Positions 12,550 through 23,235 of a stretch of DNA of 64,000 nt are shown here, one piece after another. Location of the stretch: contig CM059431.1 of assembly GCA_030390025.1 (NCBI GenBank), forward strand, positions 148,988,001 through 149,052,000, read 5' to 3'. Below the pieces are notes generated by a model that saw only the letters and a list, made by a program, of their open reading frames with translations, was not told where the DNA came from and searched no databases. Within the stretch, counting starts at the first letter, position 1. Every line of letters begins with the position of its first letter. Source of the stretch: Squalus acanthias. Taxonomy: Eukaryota. The position numbers were made by a program, and so were the translations under genes.

Positions 12550-14705
12550 ACTGAGACATGCCGAGAGAAAAATTCAGGACTTGGAATAAAATATTTCAGG
12601 CTTTCACATATCTGGAAAAGTTAGAGAGCGGGAAAAAGGGGAGGTAGAGTTGCTGTACTTATAAGGGATACCATAATGGCAGTAGAAAAAAGTGACGCAG
12701 GTATCAGCAAGACAGAAATAGAATACATGTGGATAGAGATGAAAGCTAATAAATGACCAATCACACTAATGGCATATTCAACAGACCACCTAATAATGGA
12801 AGAAAGTTGGAGGAAGAAAAATGCAGACAGATTCGGGAAATTAGTGAAGAAAATAGAATAATAATCATGAGGGAATTCAAATACCCACATATTAATTGGA
12901 CAAAAGAGGCAGGTAAATGGGAAAAGGGAATAGAGTTCCTACAATGTGTTCAAGTCTCCCTTGTAACCCAATATGTAAAAGGACCAACAAGGGAGGATAA
13001 ACTATTGCATCTAGTAATAGGGAATAAACCAGAGCAGAGAAGAGAAGTTAAAGTCGGGGAACATCTAGGCAATAGTGATCATAATATAACACGCTTTAAG
13101 ATAATAATTGAGAATGGCATAGGTGTGACAGCGATCAGGGTAATAGATTGGAGAACAGCCGATTTTGAGGAGCTGAGAATGACACTTAGGAAATAAAATG
13201 GTCAGCATTCGCAAGCAATGATGTAGAACGGCAATGCGAAACTTTTGAAAGTGTTCAGCAGAGTCCAGGAAATAGATATTCTGCTAAAAAACAAGAACAA
13301 GATAAACACTAATGAGACAACGTGTATGAATAAAGCCCTAATGTAAAAAAATGAGCAGAAGGAAAGCAGCATACATTAACTAAATGGAGAACAGGGGAGA
13401 GTATGGTAAGTGAGAATATGAAGGGTTTCGAAGAGAAGTAAAAAAAAACTATTAGGAAGACAAACATGAACAAGGAAATTAAATTATCAAGGAACAAAAG
13501 AAAAAAAATATTTTATAGGCATAACAATAGATAAAGGAATGTTTTTATGGGAATAGGTCCAGGAAGCAATGGAGAGGATAATAACGCAGGCAGCAATATA
13601 GAGTTGGCAGAGAGTAGGGATAAAGGGTAGCTAATCAGTGTGGCAGAAGGTGGGTAGTGGTGTTCTACAAGGATCACTGCTGGGACCACTGTTGATCATA
13701 ACTTATATTAACGATTTAGATTTTGGAACCAAAAACATAATTTCAAAATATGTGGACGACACGAATTTGGAGGGGATGGTCAACACTGAGGAGGACAGCA
13801 ACAAATTCCAAAAATACCTTAATAAACTTGCAGAATTGGCATATGATTAGCGAATGAATTTCAACACAGATAAATGTGAGGTATTACATTTTGGTAATAC
13901 AAATAGGAAGGACACATATTACTTGGAAAATAAGAATCCAAAATTGGGCAGAGGTGCAAAGGGATCCAGGAGTACAAAAATACAAATCGCTGAAAAGTAT
14001 CGACACAGGTTAAAAAGTCCATACAAAAAGCAAACCAAGCACGTTGGTTTATTTCTAGAAAGATAGATTGAAGAGTAGTGAAGTTATGCTAAACTTGTAT
14101 CGAACATTCTGTGAACTTGGTTAGAAAACACTTGGATTACTATGTGCATTTCTGTTCGCAATATTATAAAAAAGGATATAGAGGCATTGGAGAGGGTGCA
14201 GAGAAGATTTACAAAGATTATACCAGAAAAGCGAGGGTACACCTATCATGAAAGGATGAACACACTGGGTATATTTTCACTTGAAAACAAAAGGCTGAGG
14301 GGTGACCTAATTGAGGTCCTTAAATCATGAAAGGTTTTGCAGATGAAATGCAGAGTAAATGCAGAGAGAATGTTTCCACTTTTGGGAAGAGTAAAACTAG
14401 AGGTCATAAATATAAGATAATCACCAAGAAATCAAATAGCGAATGCAGAATAAACTTCTTTACCCAGAGAGTGGTGAGAATGTGGAACTCGCTATCATAG
14501 GGAGTGGCTGAAGCGAATAGTATAGATGCATTTAAGGGGCTGTTAGATAAGCTTAAAAGGGAGAAGGGAATAGAGGGTTATGCTGATAGAATTAGATGAG
14601 GAAAGATGGGAGGAGGCTCGAGTGGAGCATAAACACCGGCCGAGACTGATTGTGTGATATACCCTGTTTCTGTGCCGAATATCCGATATAATCCTATGTA
14701 ATCTT
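12550..14705 (+). mobile_element. Old CR1, endonuclease to 3' end, internally deleted near 13620
   Basis: EHLGNSDHN; GVLQGSLLGP..KYVDD; ERVQRRFTK; CR1 3' tail. Confidence 0.85.
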
Positions 14706-14854
14706 TTGAAATCCTTACAGTTACTTTACTGCTCTAGGCTTTCTGTAGCAGTGGGCTCTCAGCATCTGACAAAAGCTTCCCTTATTTCCCATCAACTTCC
14801 CTCTATGCTTCTTGACATCCAGTGGGCCCTAAATTTGAGAGTCCCGTCCTTTTT

Positions 14855-15290
14855 GTCAGCTGTGGCTCAGTTGGTTGCAGACTCGCCTCTGAGTCAGAAG
14901 GTTGTGGTTTCAAGTCCCATTCTAGGGACCTGAGCACATAAAACTATGCTGACACTCCAGTGCAGTGCTGCGGGAGTGCTGCAATGTCGGTGGTGCCGTC
15001 TTTCGGATGAGACGTTAAACGGAGGCCCCGTTTGCTCCCTCAGGTGGAGGTAAAAATGCCCATTGCACTATTTCGATGTGAGGTGCCATGGCAAATATTT
15101 ATCCCACAATCAGCATAACAAATCAGATTATCTGGCCATTAACACATTCCTGTTTGTGGGAGCTTGCTGCGCGCAAATTGGCTGCCGCGTTTCCTGCAAT
15201 ACAGAAGTGACTACACATCAAAAGTACTCATTGGCTGTAAAGCGATTTCAGACGTAGGGGGGTCGTGAAAGACTTTCCTTTCCTTTTTTC
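14855..15290 (+). mobile_element. DeuSINE (SacSINE1-like) with tRNA-derived head
   Basis: A-box TGGCTCAGTTGG, B-box-like GGTTTCAAGTCC, Deu motif GTGCCGTCTTTCGGATGAGACGTTAAAC. Confidence 0.85.
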
Positions 15291-15477
15291 TTTGTGGGAA
15301 TATATTTGCTCTGAACCCTCGCTATCTCCTCCTTGAAAGGCCCCCCATTGCTCTGACACTGATTTACCTTCAAGTAGCTGTTTCCAGTTCACTTTCGCTG
15401 ATTCGCATCTCAGTTTAATAAAATTGGCCTTTCCGCAATTGGAAACGTTTAAACTGCTCCATCATTGTCCTTTTTCA

Positions 15478-15855
15478 TAAGGGGAGATTTAATATAGATA
15501 TTAAAAATTTTGATTGGATTTCATAGTGTGCATAAGTCGAATTGTTTTCCAGTGGCAGAAAGGTGGGTAACCAGAGTACACATAATTAAGTTAATAGGCA
15601 AAAGACTCAGAGGAGAGATGTGGAGAATTTACTTTACGCACTGACTTGCTGTGATCTGGAATGCGCTGTCTGAGAACGTGTTGGTAGTAGATTCAGTAGC
15701 AACTATCGAAAGGGAATGGGATAATTAGTTGAATGGGTATTTCTTTTACAAGGCTCTGGCTAAAGAGTAGAAATAATGAGAGAGATCATTCAAAGATATG
15801 GCACTGACACGATGGCCGAATGGCCTCTATCTGTGCTGTAACATTCTTTGTTTCT
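15478..15855 (+). mobile_element. CR1 3' fragment
   Basis: Similar to other CR1 C-terminal/3'UTR pieces in the window. Confidence 0.65.
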
Positions 15856-16044
15856 ATGAGCAAGAGACATAGAGAGAGAGAAGAGGGAGAGTGAGAGACA
15901 GAGACAAATAAAAATTGAAACAGAAAGACTGGGAGAGGTACAGCAGGGAAGAAATTAAATTAAAAGGAGAATTGGATATATATTTGAAAGGTAACAATTT
16001 GCAGGACAATGAAAAATAACTAGGCAATGGGATTAATTGGAGGG

Positions 16045-16530
16045 GTGAGGCCATGGTGGGATTTGATCTTTAGGATGAGAATATTAAGTTCGAGGTATTT
16101 CCTGATCGGGAGCAAATATTGCTCAGCGATAATAGTGGTGATGGGTTAACGGGACATGATGCGTGTTAGGGTATGAGCAGCAGAGTTTTGGATGAGCTCT
16201 AGTTTACGGAGGCTTGCAACTGGGAGGCCAGCCAGGAAAGTATTGGAATAGTCGATTCAGGTTTAAGAAAAGCACGGGTGAGGATTTTTGCAGTGGAAGG
16301 GCTGAGGAGGTTCGGATACGGTCGATATTAAGGAAGGTGGTAGTAGGCAGGACTAAGGGTTCAGAGGATATGTGGTCGGAATTTAGCGCAGACTCAAAGA
16401 GAACGCCGTGGTTGCAAACATCTCTTGTCCATCCTCAGACATTGGCCAAGAATGGAGATTGAATTTGTAACTTAAAAATTGAGTTTTTTGACGAGGAACG
16501 AAGACAATGTCTTTGGTCTTCCCAAGAATT
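16045..16530 (-). mobile_element. L2 LINE fragment
   Basis: Reverse complement reads ELIQNSAAHTLTRIMSR.PITT, matching the L2 piece at 3103. Confidence 0.6.
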
Positions 16531-16579
16531 AGATAACAAATACAGTAATATAGTGATACGTGGTGTACAGATCTAATTG

Positions 16580-17300
16580 CAGGATGTAGAGAATTAACAG
16601 GAAGAACAACAGCAGCACAGATGAGAGAGTAACTTCCGAGAATATTAATACAGTATGCAAAGGTTTACAGTGTTAATAGCTGGCTACAGAGACTTACCAG
16701 GAACAACAACCGCAACAAGGAGGAGAGAGTAAAAGGCAAGAACTGTAGTGCAGTTAATCACGGTTTATAGAATTAATAGCTGGATAGAGAGACTTACCAG
16801 GAACAGCAACAGCAGCAAGGAGGGGATAGTAAATGCATTGCAGAATCAGAAGGGCGTAATAGATCTTATTTGCGAATGATAAATAATCATATAAGTTAGA
16901 AAACATGTACAACGCCGAAGAGACACCCTTGCTCGTTGTTGTAATATTCCAATCTAATGATCTCAGATTATGATCCATTGTTGTATCATTCCAATCTACT
17001 GTTCTCAGGTTCCAACCGAGAGTTGTAACATTCCAATCTTCTGTTCTCAGATTCCGAGTCAGTGTCTGATGAGCAGCGCACTGATCACTGTTAGTGCCAG
17101 AGGAGATGCTCTCACTGACACGATGGATTAACACATTGAAAGAAGTCCCTTTTTAATAAAAGAGGGAAACCCTGCACTGATGCAATTAGGGTCTATGGAG
17201 AATGATATTAATTACAGTCACTGAACAAACTGCTTCAGATAAGCCGTGGAGACTGACATTAATTACAGTCACGGAACAAACAGCTTCAGTTAACCCATTT
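16580..17300. repeat. Unclassified segment with ~100-bp, 42-bp and ~60-bp internal tandem duplications
   Basis: TTAATAGCTGG..GAGACTTACCAGGAAC at 16673 and 16774; TTCCAATCT at 16947, 16989, 17031; ATTAATTACAGTCAC twice at ~17207 and ~17258. Confidence 0.7.
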
Positions 17301-17339
17301 CAATCCAGCAGTTTTGTACCACAGTAAAGTACAACATTT

Positions 17340-20200
17340 CCACGGTCTGGATGGGATGTATGAAGGTTGCTGAGGGAAGTAATGATGGAAATAGTGCAGG
17401 AACTGCACAGAATCTTTCAATCCTCCTTTCAGATGGGAGTGGGACAAAGGATTGTAGGGTTGCCAATGTCACAACATGTTTAAAAAAGGAGAGGGATAAA
17501 CCCTGTAACAACGGGCCAGTCAGGCTAACTTAGGCGGTGGGGAAACTTCTAGAGGGCAGAGACCGGAGAAAATTACCTGTCACTTGGAAAGAACTATGGA
17601 GTAATAAATGACAACCAGCACGGATATGTTAACGACAAAGTGTGTCTGACAAACTTGATTGAGTTCTTTGAACAAGTAACGGAGAGTGTTGATGAGCGTA
17701 ATGTGGTTGACGTTTTTAAATGACTTTAGAAATGCATTTGATTAAGTGTCTTTGAATAAACTTGTTAGGAACAAAGGAGCAGTGGCAGTGTGGATCTGAC
17801 ATTGGCTAAGGGACAGCAAATAGAGAGTAGTGGTGACTGGTTGTTGCTCAGAGTGGAGTGAAGTATGCAGTGGAGTCCCCCAGATGTCGCTATTCGGACC
17901 ACTGATCATTTAGATGAATATTAAACATGTTGTCATATATATATAAAGTGCATTATTTGCACTTTTGCAGATGAAATGTAGTTAACACTGAGTTTGCTGG
18001 GAGTAGGCTTCAGGAGAAAATATACTCACTGGTTAAATGAGCAAAGTGATGAAAGGTGTCATCGACAGGGTTATTAATTGTTACCTACTCACCAATAACC
18101 TACTCACGGACGCTCAGTTTGGGTTCAGCCAGGGCCACTCGGCTCCAGACTTCATTACAGCCTTGGTCGAAACATGGACAAAGAGCTGAATTCCAGAGGT
18201 GAGTTGAGAGTGACTGCCCTCGACATGAAGACAACATGTGACCAAGTGTGGCATCAAGGAACCCTAGTAAAATTGAAGTCATTGGGGAATAAGGGGAAAA
18301 CTCTCCATTGGCTGGAGTCATACCTAGCACAAAGGAAGATGGCTCTGGTTGTTGGAAGACAATAATATCAGCCCCAGGACATCGCTGGAGGGATTGCTCA
18401 GGGCAGTGCCCTAGGCTCAACCATCTTTAGCTGCTTTATCAATGATCTTTCCTCTAACATAAGATCAGAATTGGGGATGTTCGCTTATAAAATGCAGTTT
18501 TCACTTCCATTCGCAACTCCTCCGATAATGAAGCAGTCGGTGCCCGCATGCATCAATACCTGGACAACTGTCAGTGTTGGGCTGATAAGTGGCAGTTAAC
18601 ACTCGCACCACACAAGTGCCAGGCAATGACGATCTCCAACAAGTCTCACCACCCCGTAATATTCAATGGCATTACCATCGCCAAATCCGTTATCACCAAT
18701 ATCCTGAGGGTCACCATTAACCAGAATCTTAACTGGACCGGGACCAGCCACATAAAAATTGTGGCTACAAGAGCAGGCCAGAGCCTGGGTATTCTTCAGC
18801 GATTGTTTCAGCTCCTGACACCTTAAAGCATGTCCACAATCTACAAGGCACAAGTCAGGAGTGTGATGGAATACTCTCCACTTGTCTGAATTACTGCAGC
18901 TCCAACAAAACTCAAGATGCTCGACATCATCTAGTACAAAGCACCCCGCTTGATTGGCACCTCAGCCCCCATATTAAACATTCACTCCATCGACCGCCGG
19001 CGCACCGTGGCTGCAGTGTGTACCATCTACAAGATGCACTGCAGCAACTCGCCAAGGCTGCTTCGACAACATCTCCCAAACCCGCGAAATTACCAACAAG
19101 AAGTAAACGATAGCAGGCACAATGAAACATCACCACCTCCAAGTTCCCTTCCAAGTCACACACCTTCCTGGTTTGGAAGTATTTCGGCGTTCCTTCATCG
19201 TCGCTGGGTCCAAATCCTGCAACTCCTTCCGTAACAGCACTGTGTCTGAAACGTCGCCTCACGGACTGCAGCTGTTCAAAACGGAGGCTCAAAGCCACCT
19301 TCTCAAGGACAATTAGGGATGGGCAATAATTGCTGGCCGTGCCAGCCATGGCCACATCCCATGAATTAATAAAAATGAAAAAAGACAGGTGCAATTTAAG
19401 GCAGAGAGGTGTGAAGGATAAATCAGGGAGGAAAACGAGGAGATGCAATATAAACTAAACTGTACAATTTTAAAGGGGATGCAGGAAAAGTGCCACATGG
19501 GAGTTTACCTACACAAGCCTTTGAAGACCGCAGGACAAGATGACAAGTTTGTTAAAATAACACATGGGAACCTTAGATTTATAAATAGAGGCAGAGTACA
19601 AAAGCAAGGAAGTTATGCTAAACATTTATAAATCACTGGATCGGCCCCGGCTGGAGTATTGTGTCCAATTCTTGGCAGCACACTTTAGGAAGGATGTCAA
19701 GGTCTTGGAGTGGGCACAGAGGAGATTTACTGCAATAATACCAAGGATGAAGGACTTAAATTATGTGGATAGACAAGAGAAGCTGGAATTGTTCTCCAGA
19801 GAGCACGCAATATAAACGGGAGATATATTGGCGATGTTCAACATATGCCGGGTTTGCTAGTGTAAATAAGGAGCAAATATTTCCACTGCCACAAGGGTCG
19901 GTAACCAAAAGACACAGATATAAGATAATTGGCAAAAAAAAACAAAGGGAAGATCAGGAAAAAATTTGCTATGCAGCGAGTTGTTATGATCTGGAATGCA
20001 CTGCCTGAAAAGTTGATTGAAGCAGATTCAATATTACCTTTCAAAAGGAGACGGAATCAATACTGGAAGTGAGGGATTTGCAGGACTACGGGAAAAGAAC
20101 AGGGGAGGGGCACTAATTGTAAAGCTATTTCAAAGAGCCGGCACAGGCTCGATGGACTGAATGGCCTCCTTCTATGCTGAATCGTTCTGTGATTCTGTGA
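17340..20200 (+). mobile_element. Decayed CR1 interrupted by second-family LINE (18040-19380)
   Basis: RT motifs up to 18040 resume at ~19385 (RPRLEYCVQF) and run to a 3' tail. Confidence 0.75.
18040..19380 (+). mobile_element. Second LINE family (CR1/L2 group), RT to 3' end
   Basis: VTALDMKTTCDQVWHQG, WADKWQLTLAPHKCQAMTIS; homologous to 46216-47520 on the minus strand. Confidence 0.85.
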
Positions 20201-20389
20201 TAACAGAAGCCATTGAGTCCTTGTCTCATGTGTACAATCGGCCTTCTGCAGTGTTTGAACCAGATTCTAATCGTTACTTGTAATCTGATAAAGTCGACGG
20301 CGGAAAAGCAAACACAATGTCCTGGCGAGACAAGGAGTGTTGACAAATTTATCATTGATTTAAAAAAAATTGAAATGACGACATAATTA

Positions 20390-20700
20390 CGAGATCAAAA
20401 ATAGGGGCCATGACTATAAGATAGTCACCAATAAATCCAGTAAGGAATTCATGAGAAACCTCTTTACTCAGAGAGAGGGGAGAATGCGGAACTCGCTAAC
20501 ACAGAGATTGGTTGAGGTGAATGGCATTGATCCATTTAAGGGAAAGCGAGATAAAAACATGAAGGAGAAAGGAATAGAAGGTTATCTTGATAGTGTAAGA
20601 TGAAGAGGGGTAGGAGGAGGACGGTGTGGAGCATAAACAGCGGCATGGAGCTGTTGGGCTGAAAGGCCTGTTTCTGTGCCGTACATTCTATGTCATTTGT
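20390..20700 (+). mobile_element. CR1 3' end
   Basis: Same tail type as 14400-14705 (GTGGAGCATAAAC..CCTGTTTCTGTGC). Confidence 0.75.
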
Positions 20701-21139
20701 TTAGAGGAGCATGACGCCCCGCTCTGATCACAGTCATTGCCTGGTTTCAATCAATCAATTAAAAATAATTGATTATACTACAATTATATTATTTGTATCT
20801 ATTTCTTCTCTGGACATCGTGTCTAGATGTAACCAAGATATGGATGCGGATTGAGCAGAAGATGAGCTCAGGCAGGGGCGGAGAACGCCGATTTTATGGA
20901 AGCGGGATCACGGTGGACACTGACCGTGAAGCATCCCACGGTTGAATAGCAGCACTGAGCAATGACCCGTGAAGGAACTGCCCAAGGAACCCGGACCCCA
21001 GCGAGAGACAGAACCTTACAGGGTGAACAGGAGGGGTTTTCTAATAACAGGACTGAGCAACACAAACACTGTCTCAGATTAATGCTCAGGAATGTGAAGC
21101 GTGGGGATGATAACCATCTTAGTTTAAACTGCTCCCCCG

Positions 21140-21460
21140 GCGGGTACAGCACGGGGTTAGATACAGAGTAAAGCTCACTTTACACTGTCACATCAAACAC
21201 GTCCAGTGCAGGTTTGGCAGGGTTATATGCAGAGTAAAGCTCACTTTACACTGTCCCATCAAACACGTCCAGGGCATGAACATCACGGGGTAGTTACAAA
21301 GTAGAACACCATCTAGACTGTCCCATTAAACAATCCCAGGGCAAATATAGCAAGGATCAGTAATTGATTAAAGCTCTCTCTACACTGTCCCATCTAACAC
21401 TTCCAGGGCAGGTATAAACGGGTTAGATACAGAATAAATTTCCCGCTGCACTGTCCCATT
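21140..21460. repeat. 67-bp satellite, ~5 units, reverse orientation
   Basis: GGGTTAGATACAGAGTAAAGCTC..ACACTGTCCCATCAAACAC is the reverse complement of the 48790-52815 unit. Confidence 0.85.
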
Positions 21461-21967
21461 CTCTGTGTATGTGGGGCTCAGTACCACATCAGGTGTGACT
21501 TCGGCGTAACTCAGTGCAGGCCGAGAGGGAGCCTGGGCATTTCCCAATGATCACTCGCTCCCCACACTCTCAGTGATGCGCCACCCTGGGAGTCTCTGCT
21601 ACAGTCACTCTGTCGGGTCAGCGTCGAGATATCAATTCCTGTTTCTGTCATCCCAGTGTATTTAAATTAATCAATTTCTTCCTGGAACAACTCTACTGCC
21701 ATTCCAACTATTGCCTTCGGTTTAGTTGGCAGCAGCTCAGCTCTGTGCCATTAGTGGAGATAAAAGATCTGGGATCACACCCAGTAATAAAGCACATTCT
21801 GTCAAAGGATCATTAACAGCTCAATGGGCCCACAGCACACATAATTTTACAGAACCAAGAGGAAAGCACATCTCCCTCTGTCTATACTCTGTTTCTCACT
21901 CCACGTTTGCCGGCTATCATCGATCTCTCATCTATCTCTTTCACACCCTCTCTCTATCTATATATAT

Positions 21968-22080
21968 GATGTGGAGATGCCGGTGTTGGACAGGGGTGGA
22001 GAAATGTGTGAAGTCGCACAACATCAGGTTACAGTCCAACAGCTCTTTTTGAAAACACAAGCTTTCGGAGCGCTGCTCCT
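21968..22080 (-). mobile_element. Penelope-like terminal fragment with the 3' half of a hammerhead motif
   Basis: Reverse complement GGAGCAGCGCTCCGAAAGCTTGTG...CCAACACCGGCATCTCCACATC matches 36524-36636. Confidence 0.8.
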
Positions 22081-22084
22081 CCAT

Positions 22085-22735
22085 TTATATCTCCTCCATC
22101 TCTGTCACACACTCTCTCCCCCTATCCTTATCTAATACTCTCTCTTCTCTCTCTATCCCCATCTATTTCTCCTCCATCTACGTCACCCTGTCCCTCCCTA
22201 TCTTTATCTAATAATCTCTTCTCTCTCTATCACCATCTATCTCTCCTCTAAAAATGTCACTCTCTACCTCCCTATCTATATCTAATAATCTGTCCTTTTT
22301 CTATCTCCATCCATCTCTCCTATCTTTTCTGTCACTGTGTCAATCTCCCTCTCTTAGTTGCGCTCTCTCTCTCTATCTGTCGCGCTCTCAGTCTCTGTCA
22401 TTCTCTGCCTCACTCTCTCTCAGTCTCTGTCTCTCAAGGGAGAGAGAAAGACTGCGGAGAGAGAAGAGAGACAGGGAGAGATACAGAGAAAATGGGGAGA
22501 GAGAGACATGGTCAGAGAGATAGAGAGAGAGAGACCGTGGAGAGAAAGATACTGATGAGAGAGATATACTGTGGAGAAAGAGAGAAAGAGAGGCTGGGGA
22601 GATAGAGAGAAAATGTGGAGAGAGAGACTTGGGGAGAGAGATAGAGAGAGAGAGACACTGGAGAGAGAGAGACTGAGGAGAGAGAGAGAATGTGGAGAGA
22701 GAGACAGATAGACTAGGGAGAGAGAGGGAGAGCTT
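22085..22735. repeat. CT-rich then GA-rich low-complexity tract
   Basis: Pyrimidine-rich to ~22436, purine-rich (GA)n-like thereafter. Confidence 0.9.
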
Positions 22736-23166
22736 GGGGGCTCGCTTTTACATTCTCTCCACTTTCTGCTGATATTTCACAGAAATCACCCTCAATGCTG
22801 CCTTTCAATGCAGCTTCTCAACAACCCGCTGCCCGACTGTATTTATTTCTTTAACCATTGTTTGGGAATGTGGCATTTTATGAACAATCCTTTCTGCTCA
22901 CTGCAAAAATCAAAGTTCCCTTGAAACCCTCCAACGTTTAAATCAGACGAAAATTGTTGGAGTTTTAAAATCTGCTTTTGGGAGCTGGGTTTGCGGTGGA
23001 GGAACAGCCTGAGACTCACTGCCAGCATGGTTTGCCCAAGCGGCTCCTCATTGGGCAGCAGTGTTCTCACTGGCAGCTCCCAGTAGAAACCTTTGGCTTT
23101 TCCCTCGCATCCTTCACTCTGCATTTCTTACACTTGCACAAAGAGCCATTTGCTCTGAACCCGCAC

Positions 23167-23235
23167 TTAAGAACATAAGAACATTAGACATAGGAGCAGG
23201 AGTACATCATTTGGCCCTTCGAGCCTGCTCCGCCA
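23167..23235 (-). mobile_element. Extreme 3' tail of the CR1 that continues at 26397-27720
   Basis: TAAGAACATAAGAAC..AGGAGCAGGAGTA..GAGCCTGCTCCGCCA; the tail resumes as TAATAAGATCATGGCTG at ~26398. Confidence 0.8.

Noticed and set aside
17065..17120. Hammerhead ribozyme at CTGATGAG
   Set aside because: No GAAA core following a stem II.
20868..21152. Pancreatic-lipase-like CYSTVGCFT motif
   Set aside because: Similarity is limited to a few residues and the downstream sequence does not continue as a lipase.
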